The notes below the pieces were generated by a model, which saw nothing but the letters and a program-made list of their open reading frames with translations, was not told the origin of the DNA and did not search any database. The position numbers were made by a program, and so were the translations under genes. A DNA stretch of 64,000 bases, from positions 3,187 through 67,186 of IMG/VR virus record IMGVR_UViG_3300032030_000075; one strand, 5' to 3'. The stretch comes from a virus. Lineage: Duplodnaviria > Caudoviricetes. Shown here piece after piece: positions 39,855 through 50,216 of this stretch (position 1 is the stretch's first letter; each line of letters begins with the position of its first letter).

Positions 39855-40232
39855 TTATTTAATAGTTATCATTAAATCTTCTCTAATAGGCATAATTAAA
39901 TTTCCCTTTGGATAAGTGTAACTATCATTTTTTACATCTCCAAATTCTATGTCAAATTTTCCGATATATGTCCCTTCCTCATTCACGTCACGCTTTTTCC
40001 AATCATAGCAGATTACATATTGTTCAACACATCCGCCATCTTCTCTTGCCTTTATATAACAAGGGGCTTTGGCTATCTTTGTTACGCCGGTTTCTCTATT
40101 AACCATTGTAAATGTAATTGAACTGTTTTGCAACATTTCATGAATTTTGTTGAAAGAATGACGGCCATCTTCAATAACTTCCATAACTAATCTAGGAAGA
40201 GTAGCACCTTTTTTTATGTAAAACTCTTGCAT
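39855..40232 (-). CDS. BppU-N-like small virion protein
   Basis: FYIKKGATLP...YDW...D...GTYIGKFDIEF...P pattern; TATTTAT at 40250-40256. Confidence 0.55.
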   Translation of the reverse strand: MQEFYIKKGATLPRLVMEVIEDGRHSFNKIHEMLQNSSITFTMVNRETGVTKIAKAPCYIKAREDGGCVEQYVICYDWKKRDVNEEGTYIGKFDIEFGDVKNDSYTYPKGNLIMPIREDLMITIK

Positions 40233-40319
40233 AATCTATAATTTTATTGATAAATATTAAATAAAATATATATTTTAATAGTAGACGTGATATTTATTAA
40301 TGTATAAAAATATGAACTT

Positions 40320-41450
40320 ATGAAAAAAAAGACTACCATAGAATTTATCGAAGAGGCAAAAAAAATACATAATAACAAATATAACTATTCTAAAGTAAAA
40401 TATATAAATAAAAAAACTAAAGTATGTATAATATGCCCAGAACATGGTGAATTTTGGCAAAGACCTAGTGACCATTTACAAGGTGCTGGATGCTATGAAT
40501 GCGGAAGAAAAAAATGTAAAGGTAAAAAAGTTACCACAGAAAGTTTTATTAAAAATGCTATAAAAATTCATGAAAATAAATATGATTATTCTAAAACTAA
40601 TTACATAGGCTCAAAAACTAAAGTTTGCATTATATGCCCAGAACATGGAGAATTTTGGCAATTACCAACTGCACATTTACAAGGTCAAGGATGCCCAAAA
40701 TGCAAAAAATATAAAATAGGCAAAAATAAATATAATACACAAATATTCATAGAAAAATCCAAATTAATACACGGTAATAAATACGATTATTCAAAAGTAA
40801 ATTATATAGATTCACTAACTAAAGTTTGCATTATATGTCCAGAACATGGAGAATTTTGGCAAGAGCCAAATTCTCACTTAAGGGGAAATGGATGCAAAAA
40901 ATGCGCAACTGATATAAAGAAAAAAATAGTAGCAAAAAATTTCATATTAAGAAGCAATGAAATACATAATAAAAAATATGATTATAGTAAATCCATTTAT
41001 AATGGGTGGAACGAAAAAGTATGTATTATATGTCCAGAACATGGAGAATTTTGGCAAACCGGCGGCTCGCATTTAATGGGAGCTGGCTGTCCTATATGCA
41101 ATAAGAGTAAACTAGAAAACGAATTAATAAAAACGTTCAATGATTTAAACATAAATTTTATAAATGGAGCAAAATTTAATTGGTTAGGTAGGCAGCATTT
41201 AGATTTTTATTTACCGGATTATAATATTGCAATAGAATGCCAGGGTGAAGAACACTTCAAAAGTGTGGATTTTTTTGGCGGCAATGATGAATTCATAAAC
41301 ACAAGTAAACGTGATATAAATAAAAATAAACTTTGCAAAAAAAATAATATAAAATTATTATATTACACAAACTTAAATTATGACAACTTTTTAGGAGAAA
41401 AATTATATAAAAACAAAGAAGAATTACTAAAAGAAATAAAAGGTGGGTAG
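40320..41450 (+). CDS. Free-standing homing endonuclease-like protein: 4 DUF723-like Zn-binding repeats plus PD-(D/E)xK nuclease domain
   Basis: Four KYDYSK...KVCIICPEHGEFWQ...HL.G.GCxxC repeats; LDFYLPDYNIAIECQGEEH; opposite strand to both neighbours. Confidence 0.85.
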   Translation: MKKKTTIEFIEEAKKIHNNKYNYSKVKYINKKTKVCIICPEHGEFWQRPSDHLQGAGCYECGRKKCKGKKVTTESFIKNAIKIHENKYDYSKTNYIGSKTKVCIICPEHGEFWQLPTAHLQGQGCPKCKKYKIGKNKYNTQIFIEKSKLIHGNKYDYSKVNYIDSLTKVCIICPEHGEFWQEPNSHLRGNGCKKCATDIKKKIVAKNFILRSNEIHNKKYDYSKSIYNGWNEKVCIICPEHGEFWQTGGSHLMGAGCPICNKSKLENELIKTFNDLNINFINGAKFNWLGRQHLDFYLPDYNIAIECQGEEHFKSVDFFGGNDEFINTSKRDINKNKLCKKNNIKLLYYTNLNYDNFLGEKLYKNKEELLKEIKGG

Positions 41451-41462
41451 TACCCACCTTTT

Positions 41463-41771
41463 TTACATTCTATTAGAATTAGAAAATTGCCACGCTGATT
41501 TTAATGCTGATTCAATATTTAACGAATCACATACATTATTCATTCCGCTAGTTAAAGTAAACCCTCTTTGCGTTTGTTGTAATGTGAAATCAACACCATT
41601 TAAAGAAAAAGAACAATTTCCGCCTTGTTGATTTGCCATTTGTCTTAACCTGTCAAATGTTTCTCTATCATAGTCACCAATCCACTTTTGTCCTTCTGAC
41701 AAAATAGATTTCACAGATTCTTTAATAATTCTGTGTAAATCGCTTTCCGTTAATCTTATTACCCTTTTCAT
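41463..41771 (-). CDS. LTESDLH-tagged hypothetical protein
   Basis: N-terminus MKRVIRLTESDLHRIIKESVKSILSE. Confidence 0.85.
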   Translation of the reverse strand: MKRVIRLTESDLHRIIKESVKSILSEGQKWIGDYDRETFDRLRQMANQQGGNCSFSLNGVDFTLQQTQRGFTLTSGMNNVCDSLNIESALKSAWQFSNSNRM

Positions 41772-41774
41772 ATA

Positions 41775-42008
41775 TTATCTCATCATTTCTTCAAGGTGTC
41801 TAATCTCACCAATTATTCTTTGCAAATACTCAACAGTTATTTCCCTCTTCGAAGAACCTTGCGCTATAATGTTGTCATACAATTGCTGCAACATATCGCC
41901 GCATACCCTAACAGTTTCAGCATCATTAGGGTTTTTATATTCTTTTATCATGCACTTTTCGTTTATATATTTGTTAATTTCTTCACTAATTATATTATTA
42001 ATAATCAT
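41775..42008 (-). CDS. Small hypothetical protein with half-tag (IISEEINKYINE)
   Basis: ORF; TATTTAT at 42030-42036. Confidence 0.75.
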   Translation of the reverse strand: MIINNIISEEINKYINEKCMIKEYKNPNDAETVRVCGDMLQQLYDNIIAQGSSKREITVEYLQRIIGEIRHLEEMMR

Positions 42009-42084
42009 AACAAATCTAATTATTTATATATAAATATAATTTCAAAAAAATTATTATAATATTTTTTTTATTAAATATTTTTTG

Positions 42085-42092
42085 TATATTTG
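42085..42092 (+). promoter_or_regulatory. Bacteroidota-type -7 promoter element TAnnTTTG (representative site)
   Basis: Same motif at 22778, 23334, 28878, 32123, 59981 (+) and 1497, 22135, 23740 (-), each upstream of a gene or gene remnant. Confidence 0.75.
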
Positions 42093-42168
42093 CAAAAAAT
42101 GAATTGATGTTTTCGAAAAGTGAAAACTTGAAATTCTAATTTTAACTAACTAAAAAATTTTATTCTTT

Positions 42169-45100
42169 ATGAAAGAAATTACAAGTGAAATGGTAAACAC
42201 CTTCCTTAATGGACATGACCCTATGGAACGTATAGTAACAATCGAATGTGACTATATGGATGACAAGGTTAACATTGTTTACATTAATGAAGATGGTGAA
42301 AAACGAGTCAAAAGGGATGATTTCAAGCCTTTTGCTTGGGTAAAAAACAGTGCGTGTATAAGAATGTTTGGTGGAAATAGAGGAACACTTAGGCGCAAAA
42401 TGAAAGAACTTGGAATCAATGTTAAAGAACTCATTACAAAAACCGATGATAGCACAGATAGCGACAGGCTATCAAATGGCTACAAATATATTTTCTATTC
42501 CACAAGAAAAATGCCATATTCTCGCTTCTTAAACTTTTTTACAGAAGCAGGAACTCCTGTTTATGAAAAGAAAAAGGACGATAGAGGGGGAGGTTCAAAA
42601 GAATTTATGGTAATATCACCAGTTGAGCAATATATGATACAAACAGGTAGAAGATTGTTCAAGGGGTATGAAAACTATGACGATTTAAAGAGATTCTTAT
42701 TTGACCTTGAAACACAAGGTCTCAATCCACGTGTGCATGCAATAGACCAAATAGGTATGCGCACAAATAAAGGGTTTGAAAAAATCATAACAATAACAGG
42801 AGAAGGTGACGAAAGAAAAATAAACGAACTAAAAGCAATTGATGAATTTTTAAAAACAATTGCAATTGAAAAACCTGATATTATAGCAGGTCATAACTCA
42901 GAAAACTTCGACTGGGATTTCCTTATTGTTAGATGTGAGGTTCTAGGAACATCATTTGCTGATATGTCATTGAGATATTTCAAACACCCTATATATAAGA
43001 AGAAAAAGGAATCAATTCTTAAACTTGGTGGAGAAATGGAATACTATAAGCCAACAATCGCTTGGGGCTTTAGCGTTCTTGACTCTTTACATGCTGTAAG
43101 AAGAGCGCAAGCGCTTGATTCAAATATGAAATCAGCAAGTTTGAAATATGCCACAAAATACCTTGACTTGAAAAAGCCAAATCGTGTATATGTACCAGGT
43201 AATATTATTACAAAAACTTGGAATGTTACAACAGATAGTTATGCTTTTAGAGAAAGCGATGGCGATTGGTATGAATTAAAAGAAGGTAGAGAACTTCTTA
43301 ATGGCTATAAACCAACAAGCGGTAGGTATATAGTTGAAAGGTATTTGCTGGATGACCTATGGGAAACTGATAAAGTCGAATTGAAACTAAATGAGTCAAA
43401 CTTCCTTGTTTCTAAGATATTACCTACAACATTTACAAGGGCTTGTACTATGGGTACTGCTGGTATATGGAAACTTATAATGCTTGCTTGGTGTTATGAG
43501 AATAACCTTGCTGTACCGTCTTCTGATTCAAATAAAAGGTTTACTGGAGGTCTTTCAAGGCTTATTAGAACGGGATATGTTGATAGAATTGTAAAACTCG
43601 ACTATAACTCTCTTTATCCTTCAATTGACTTAACATGGTGGGTTAAAACTCCGCTTGATATTGACAATATTATGTTATATCTATTGGAATATATTCTAAC
43701 AAACCGTGAAAAGTATAAAGACCTAAAAGGTGTTGCTGGAGATAAAGCAAAAGAACTTGAAAAGAAGCTAAAAGACTTTAAAGGAACTGATGAAGAAAAA
43801 AAGAAATTAGAAGAAGACATACAAATGTGGAAGGCAGAAAAAATGGGTAATGATAAAAAGCAGTTACCTCTTAAAATTCTTGCCAACTCATTCTTCGGAA
43901 GTTATGGCTGTCCAATGGTATTTCCATTTGGCGATATTGATGCGGCTGAAAAGACAACTTGCATAGGTAGAATGTCATTAAGACTTATGATTTCTCATTT
44001 TACAAATCTTGGGTACAACCCAATTGTTGGAGATACCGATGGCTTCAACTTCCAAATGCCGCCAGAAGATAAATTTAGATATACTGATGAACATCCGTAT
44101 ATAGGAAAGGGTTTGGGAAGAAATACAGAAAAAGGAAAAGCATATACTAGAGTTGAAGCAGATGTTGCTGAATTTGAAGACATATTCCTTAACAAGGCAT
44201 ATAATGGAGGAATTAATAAAATGGGTCTTGGAATTGACGAATTCTGCGATGCAACAATCAATTTCGCAAGAAAGAACTATGCTGACTTAATGCCAAATGG
44301 CAAAACTAAAAAAGTGGGCAACACTATTAAGTCTCGTAAAATGTCAGGTTATCTTGAAAAGTTTATTGATGACGGTGTTAATCTTCTTCTTCATGGCAAT
44401 GGTGCTAAATTCCTTGAAAGTTATTACGACTACATAGCGAGAATATACAATTATCAAATTCCAATCAAAGATATTGCATCAAAAGGCAAAATTAAGAAAA
44501 CTATAAAAGAATACAAAGATGATTGTAATACTCTCACAAAGGCAGGAAATAAGAAATCACGTCAGGCTTGGTATGAATTGGCAATAAGGGAAAATCTCAA
44601 CGTTAATGTCAGTGATACCATATATTATATCAACACGGGAACAAAGAAAGGTCATTCTGATGTTAAGAAGGTAACACATCAATTTATTAAAAATGACAAC
44701 GGTGAAGAGGTTGAGCTTATTAATAAATTAAAAACCGAGTTATTTAAAAAGGAATTGGAAAATTATAACGTATCAACGGTTAAGGAATTATCAGCTCAAC
44801 AGAAAAAGGAGATAATTAAGAAATATGTTATAAGAGAAGAAGATGAAATTATTCTTAATTGTCAAATTGTTCCAAATGACATTATAGATAATGATGAAAA
44901 CATATTATGTAGCGATGTAGATGGTTTGGAATATAATTCTGAAAAGTATATTGAGCAATTTAATAATAGAATAAAGCCATTACTTGTTTGTTTCTCTCCT
45001 GACATTAGAAATAAAATCATTGTTACAACTCCTGAAGATAGACAATATTTCACAGAAGAAGAGGCCAAGCTTGTATCAGGTTGCCCAAATAAAGAAACTG

Positions 45101-45504
45101 ACCAAGACACATATGAAGCTCTTATGACTCCTGAAAAGAAGGAAATAGGTTATTGGCTTAAGATTGGTGAAGTTCCTCCATTTGTTAAAGAATGTGGAAT
45201 TGATTGGGATGAATTAGTTAAGAATTATTTAGAAGAAAAGAAAAAAGAAGAAAATGAATTATTCCAACATGAGAATAGCAAATATCTTGAAGCGTTAAAT
45301 TCCTTAACAAAGAAAGACATTGAAGCATTTGAAGAGGAAGGTGAAATACCTCAATACATATTGGATATTGTGTCTCTTGATACTGATATGAGATTCCATT
45401 TTAATAAGATACCATCAATGACACCATCAACAGGGGGATTAGTATTTGATGATATTTCATTAGATAGATATTCTGTTTATATGGATACGATTCCAGAAGA
45501 TTAA
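42169..45504 (+). CDS. polB: Family B DNA polymerase with 3'-5' exonuclease
   Basis: Exo FDLET, HNSENFD, YLLDD; Pol DYNSLYPS, KILANSFFG, GDTDG, KNYA; promoter TATATTTG 42085-42092. Confidence 0.95.
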   Translation: MKEITSEMVNTFLNGHDPMERIVTIECDYMDDKVNIVYINEDGEKRVKRDDFKPFAWVKNSACIRMFGGNRGTLRRKMKELGINVKELITKTDDSTDSDRLSNGYKYIFYSTRKMPYSRFLNFFTEAGTPVYEKKKDDRGGGSKEFMVISPVEQYMIQTGRRLFKGYENYDDLKRFLFDLETQGLNPRVHAIDQIGMRTNKGFEKIITITGEGDERKINELKAIDEFLKTIAIEKPDIIAGHNSENFDWDFLIVRCEVLGTSFADMSLRYFKHPIYKKKKESILKLGGEMEYYKPTIAWGFSVLDSLHAVRRAQALDSNMKSASLKYATKYLDLKKPNRVYVPGNIITKTWNVTTDSYAFRESDGDWYELKEGRELLNGYKPTSGRYIVERYLLDDLWETDKVELKLNESNFLVSKILPTTFTRACTMGTAGIWKLIMLAWCYENNLAVPSSDSNKRFTGGLSRLIRTGYVDRIVKLDYNSLYPSIDLTWWVKTPLDIDNIMLYLLEYILTNREKYKDLKGVAGDKAKELEKKLKDFKGTDEEKKKLEEDIQMWKAEKMGNDKKQLPLKILANSFFGSYGCPMVFPFGDIDAAEKTTCIGRMSLRLMISHFTNLGYNPIVGDTDGFNFQMPPEDKFRYTDEHPYIGKGLGRNTEKGKAYTRVEADVAEFEDIFLNKAYNGGINKMGLGIDEFCDATINFARKNYADLMPNGKTKKVGNTIKSRKMSGYLEKFIDDGVNLLLHGNGAKFLESYYDYIARIYNYQIPIKDIASKGKIKKTIKEYKDDCNTLTKAGNKKSRQAWYELAIRENLNVNVSDTIYYINTGTKKGHSDVKKVTHQFIKNDNGEEVELINKLKTELFKKELENYNVSTVKELSAQQKKEIIKKYVIREEDEIILNCQIVPNDIIDNDENILCSDVDGLEYNSEKYIEQFNNRIKPLLVCFSPDIRNKIIVTTPEDRQYFTEEEAKLVSGCPNKETDQDTYEALMTPEKKEIGYWLKIGEVPPFVKECGIDWDELVKNYLEEKKKEENELFQHENSKYLEALNSLTKKDIEAFEEEGEIPQYILDIVSLDTDMRFHFNKIPSMTPSTGGLVFDDISLDRYSVYMDTIPED

Positions 45505-45540
45505 AAAAAAGAGAGAAGCATTAAACTTCTCTCTTTTTGT
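45505..45540. terminator. Bidirectional intrinsic terminator
   Basis: AAAAAAAGAGAGAAG-cattaaa-CTTCTCTCTTTTT between convergent genes. Confidence 0.8.
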
Positions 45541-45541
45541 T

Positions 45542-48500
45542 TTAAATATCATCTTGTCTTACATAGTTTCCGTAATTATAATTACTTGCTGTCGAAGCTG
45601 TATCGGTTCTATATGGGTCTGTAATGTAACCCGCTTCTTGTGCTGTTGTAATTGCATCGGCATCTACAACTTCATCGTAATATATACCGCAATCCCAAAT
45701 ATTGCTCAAATACAAACCATTGTAAGGATTATCTGCATTTAATGGTAAACCATCATTAGTTTCTTTAATGTCGATAATTCTCAATACGTTTGTGTCAGAA
45801 ACTTCTCTTGGAGAAATTGATTCTGTGAACGCACTAACCTTACCGGATATTGTAAAGTCATCATCATTCATTGACATTAAATTACCATGAGACAATCTAG
45901 CATCAACTAACATATGTCTATTTTGTCCGATTTCTTTCCAATCTGTATGCGTTGTTGGCGTATCAAATCCATAGATAAACCATTTATCTTTCATATTACA
46001 GAAAGCTTCGTCCAAAAGCATATTAGCGTGGTAAAGTGATGTTGCTGCGCTTATTATACAACCAGTATTTGTTGGGAACTCAGCTCCTTCTCCACAAGAA
46101 GGTAAGGTGTAGTAAGTTCCAAACATCAACTTAGAAATTGCATCAGCTTTACCATCAACACATTCTGTATTGGCAGAAACAGAATCAATTTTTTGATTAA
46201 TTACTGTTACCTCATCATTTACATTTTTAATCTCTTTGTCCAAGATAAAGTCAGCGTTGTTAAATGATGTAGCTGAAGCAATGTAATTAGCATTTTGATT
46301 TGGAATATAATCAGAGCCTTCTCCACATTCTGTTAATATTGGCATTCCAAGCAACTCATTTTCTACGATTTTAAGTTCTTGTTTAACACATTCTGCAACT
46401 TCTTCAGCGTGTGTCATAGCAGAACTTGAAACATACAAATGATTTCCATCAAGTACTAACGCATTGTCTGGGTGGTTGCTAATAAGAACTTCGCCATATA
46501 ACCTATCTTCTTCACCAGAGCCAACGGGCGCTTCAACCTTATAGAGTTTCATACCAACACTACTATTTTGGTCAACATCCCAATCGTTAAACAATTCAGA
46601 AACACCGAATTTAACAGTATGGCTTTCACCAGTTGCATCCTTATAGGTTATTACTAACTCCTTATTTGTTGAATCATAATAAAGATTTTCTAACAGAGAA
46701 GCACCAACTAATTGTATAGGTTCGCTTTCTCCATCTGATGTTATAAGTTTAATCTTATTAGTGGCGGGGTCATAAGATAACTCTACAGTCGCATACAAAC
46801 CTCCATCACATTTAACTATATTTTTCATTCCAGCTCCGCCTGCAATGTTTACATAGTGTCTAACAACATTATTTGCGTCTGTAGATGCACTTATACAACT
46901 TGTAGATTCAAACGTTTTTGTTGCGTTAGCTAATGCTTGAGATAATGTTCTATCACTTTCTTCTCTTGTCTGAGTTTCAGCAGATATTAAATTATAGAGT
47001 CTTTCATCTTCATGTGTTGAACGAACGATTTCATCATTCAAATTACTATTAGTTGTAGATAAACTTGATTGAAGTGTGTCAACTCTATTCTTTTCCGTAT
47101 TAATTCTTGACAATAAATCAGATTCAACATTTTCAGCTCTGGTAATCTCACCAAGTATAAGAGTATTTAAAACGGTATCACCACTTGCTCTTCTTTCAGC
47201 CTCATCTTCAATTAAATGTAAAAGGTTGGCTTCTTGCGTTGTTGCACGAACGGTTTCTCCTGATATTGAAGCCTCAAGGTCTCTCTCTGTTTGTTTAGCC
47301 CTATTTACTTCTTCAGTTAAAGAGCGAACAATGCCACTTTCTACATTAATTGCACGTGAAATTTCATTTGTAAGGTCAGACTCAACACCATTTAATTCGG
47401 TTTGTAATTCATTATCCTTATTTGTCGAACGAGATATTTCATTATCAAGTTTGGTTTCAATCCTTTGTTCCTCACCGGTTGCACGTGTTGTTTCAACATC
47501 AATCTTTGTATTTAATGCTGTTTCAGCAGATGTAGCTCGTGTAATTTCCTGATTAAGAGTATCAGTTAACTGTTGGTCTTTCTGTGTTGAACGAGAAATC
47601 TCATTGTCAAGATTTGTTTCAATTCTTTGTTCCTCACTTGTTGCACGTAAAATTTCATTTGCAATATTTTCTTGCGCTGTTGTAAGGTCTCTTTTTAAAT
47701 CTTCTTCAACGCCCATTGCTCTTGCTATTTCTGCTGAAAGACCATCTTGTAACACATCAATGTCGTTTTCGGCTGTATTCATTCTTTCTTTAAGAGCATC
47801 TATTTCAGCCTTATTAGCAGTAATACCACTTCCGGAAACGTACAAAGCTCCATCATCCATAACTAAAATGTTATCATCATGGTCATCGGTAATAATAACT
47901 GAAGCCTTTAACACGTCTTGCTCAGACGTTCCACTTGCTACTCTAACCTTTTCAAGCTGAACAGCGTGTGGGTGTCCATCCTCTACTCTCCACTCATTAA
48001 TCAAGTCACCAACTGGGATAACAACATCAGGCATTCTATGACCATTTACAGTATATTCTATAATGATAGCTTCCCTATTTGGGTCATAGTAAATTTTATC
48101 TACTACTGAATTTGTTTTAAGGTCATATACTTTTGTTCCATTAGTTGTTTTGAAGATAAGTTGATTTGTTCCAACTTCTTCGTTAAACTCATAAATAAGG
48201 TCAACTCCTGCATATAAACCATCCGCATTAAGCTTGATAATGTTAGGCTTATTGTCTTCAACCTCTTCACTTAAATTAGTTTTAACAACCTTTATTGTTG
48301 GCTTATTATTTTCGTCATTTCTTGTCTCAACATTAATAGAATGGTCTTCATTAATTACATCACTAAGCCTTGATGAAGAATCTGCACTGACAGCTTCAAT
48401 CTCACTCTGTAAACTGTCAATTTCATCTCTTACTGTATTTCTTGAACTAAATCCATCACCAATTTCGGCATCAATTGCGTCAAGTCTTCCATCATGTACG

Positions 48501-50191
48501 GTATCAGCAGATGTAGAACGATTTATTTCAGCTTGAAGTTTACTTGCTTCTTCATTTACTTTGTCTTGAAGTTGTTCAAACTTATAGGTGATAGTTTCAT
48601 GAGAATCAGTTGTAAAGCCACTGCCAATCGTATTGTCAATTCTTTCAACATCAGCAGTTCTATCAGTAATCTCTTGGTCAATCTTTTCATTCAAACTATT
48701 AGTTATTCCAGAAAGATTATCCAATACATTTTTAACCGTAGTATTACCAGTAACGTCATACTTGATATTATCAGAAATACCATTCACATATAATTCATGA
48801 TTTAAATCCTCAAGAATGTTATTGTTGCCAACATGTATTTTAGCATCTGCTGTCAGTATGTCTTTGTTATCTTCAGCGTTACGGGTTTTAACTAACTCAA
48901 CACTATGGTTTTCATTATCTACTTTCCATTCTTCAATAATATCTTTTGCGGGTATTTCTACTGTTTTATAATTACCCTTAGAGTCAACATATCTTATGAT
49001 AATAACTTCTCTATCTTGGTCATATGTTATATCGTCTAAAAATTCTAAAGAATTGAGCTGTATCGTTTTGGCAATGGTTTCGCCCCCATTTACGCTTGTT
49101 TTTTTGAATACAAGCTTATTTTCAGCAGGTACATAATCAAGGTTAACAGAAGCAGAAAAACCATTTGAACCTTCAAATATAATATTTTCAACATCAGGAT
49201 TCAACTTAATTCTATCAAGCTGTTCAGCAACGTTTGAGTTGTTATACTTAATGTTGCTTGCTCTACCATCAACAAAAAGTTTTCTATTGTCTTCTGTTTT
49301 TTCTAAAATATTATACTCGCTATCAACAAGTCTAACATCAGCCCAAAGGCGGTCAGCGTGGTTATGGTGAGGAGTATCGCCATAAACCCTATCTCTAGTA
49401 AGTATAACAGGCGTTGTGGCTCCTGAATCTGCATACCATTCATCTATAAGTTCTTGGCAATCAATAACAACCTCATCACCATTTCTCATGTGAAGGTGAA
49501 TTGATTCATCCTTTATATCATAAACGCCGCCAGTAACGTAGTTGTTCGGTAATTTTACAGATGTTTTCTTAAGAGTGCCATCAGCATTACTAACAACGAA
49601 TGTAAACGTCTCGGTAATTTCATCATATGTTAAATCAACATAAATGAATAAACCTTCAGAACCGCCAGCATCATCAAAAGGAACCGCCATTAAGTTATTA
49701 CCCTTAACCTCGTTCTCGAAAATATGTGTTTCTGCTGTTTTAACATCACCACTGATGAAAGTACCATCTTCTGTCTTATCAACATGAATGTCTAAAGTTG
49801 GTGTGTCAAACGCAATAAGCGTAAGGCTTCTAATAGCTTTCTCAAGTTCTTCTTCAAGGTTTTTAATCTCATCCTCTGTTTTATCAATATCAATGATACA
49901 GTACTTATTTTCCTCTGGCTTCAATTCCTCATCATTAGTTTGAGAGCCAATAACAAGAATGATGTGTGGACCTTTATTACAAGTTTCACAAGTACCTTCC
50001 TCATCAGTATTCTTATATCTGAGGATTGTCGGCTCAGCAAATAGTGAACGAGTATAAGGTGAACCTTGCTCAGCTAGCCCTTCACCACCGTCTCTTGGTA
50101 ATGTTTGGCAAATATATTTGAGAGCGTCTTCCCTTGTCTCGAATATTTCATCGTGATGCCTAAATTGTAATCTATTTATTGTATCCATCAT
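45542..50191 (-). CDS. Long fibre-like virion protein with beta repeats and coiled-coil (EI.RA...E) repeats
   Basis: 1549 aa; several ~110-aa repeats (L.YD...N.L...I.YD...IPV.DLI.EW) and a long EITRATSAE-type coiled coil. Confidence 0.6.
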   Translation of the reverse strand: MMDTINRLQFRHHDEIFETREDALKYICQTLPRDGGEGLAEQGSPYTRSLFAEPTILRYKNTDEEGTCETCNKGPHIILVIGSQTNDEELKPEENKYCIIDIDKTEDEIKNLEEELEKAIRSLTLIAFDTPTLDIHVDKTEDGTFISGDVKTAETHIFENEVKGNNLMAVPFDDAGGSEGLFIYVDLTYDEITETFTFVVSNADGTLKKTSVKLPNNYVTGGVYDIKDESIHLHMRNGDEVVIDCQELIDEWYADSGATTPVILTRDRVYGDTPHHNHADRLWADVRLVDSEYNILEKTEDNRKLFVDGRASNIKYNNSNVAEQLDRIKLNPDVENIIFEGSNGFSASVNLDYVPAENKLVFKKTSVNGGETIAKTIQLNSLEFLDDITYDQDREVIIIRYVDSKGNYKTVEIPAKDIIEEWKVDNENHSVELVKTRNAEDNKDILTADAKIHVGNNNILEDLNHELYVNGISDNIKYDVTGNTTVKNVLDNLSGITNSLNEKIDQEITDRTADVERIDNTIGSGFTTDSHETITYKFEQLQDKVNEEASKLQAEINRSTSADTVHDGRLDAIDAEIGDGFSSRNTVRDEIDSLQSEIEAVSADSSSRLSDVINEDHSINVETRNDENNKPTIKVVKTNLSEEVEDNKPNIIKLNADGLYAGVDLIYEFNEEVGTNQLIFKTTNGTKVYDLKTNSVVDKIYYDPNREAIIIEYTVNGHRMPDVVIPVGDLINEWRVEDGHPHAVQLEKVRVASGTSEQDVLKASVIITDDHDDNILVMDDGALYVSGSGITANKAEIDALKERMNTAENDIDVLQDGLSAEIARAMGVEEDLKRDLTTAQENIANEILRATSEEQRIETNLDNEISRSTQKDQQLTDTLNQEITRATSAETALNTKIDVETTRATGEEQRIETKLDNEISRSTNKDNELQTELNGVESDLTNEISRAINVESGIVRSLTEEVNRAKQTERDLEASISGETVRATTQEANLLHLIEDEAERRASGDTVLNTLILGEITRAENVESDLLSRINTEKNRVDTLQSSLSTTNSNLNDEIVRSTHEDERLYNLISAETQTREESDRTLSQALANATKTFESTSCISASTDANNVVRHYVNIAGGAGMKNIVKCDGGLYATVELSYDPATNKIKLITSDGESEPIQLVGASLLENLYYDSTNKELVITYKDATGESHTVKFGVSELFNDWDVDQNSSVGMKLYKVEAPVGSGEEDRLYGEVLISNHPDNALVLDGNHLYVSSSAMTHAEEVAECVKQELKIVENELLGMPILTECGEGSDYIPNQNANYIASATSFNNADFILDKEIKNVNDEVTVINQKIDSVSANTECVDGKADAISKLMFGTYYTLPSCGEGAEFPTNTGCIISAATSLYHANMLLDEAFCNMKDKWFIYGFDTPTTHTDWKEIGQNRHMLVDARLSHGNLMSMNDDDFTISGKVSAFTESISPREVSDTNVLRIIDIKETNDGLPLNADNPYNGLYLSNIWDCGIYYDEVVDADAITTAQEAGYITDPYRTDTASTASNYNYGNYVRQDDI

Positions 50192-50216
50192 TTATTTATA
50201 TTATTTCAACATTATA

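Noticed and set aside
40419-41057. Four ~40-bp direct repeats resembling a CRISPR array
   Set aside because: They are in-frame coding repeats (KVCIICPEHGEFWQ) about 200 bp apart with synonymous variation
42169-45504. Intein or intron in the DNA polymerase
   Set aside because: All motifs are contiguous in one frame; no intein C/S...HN-C/S/T or LAGLIDADG blocks seen
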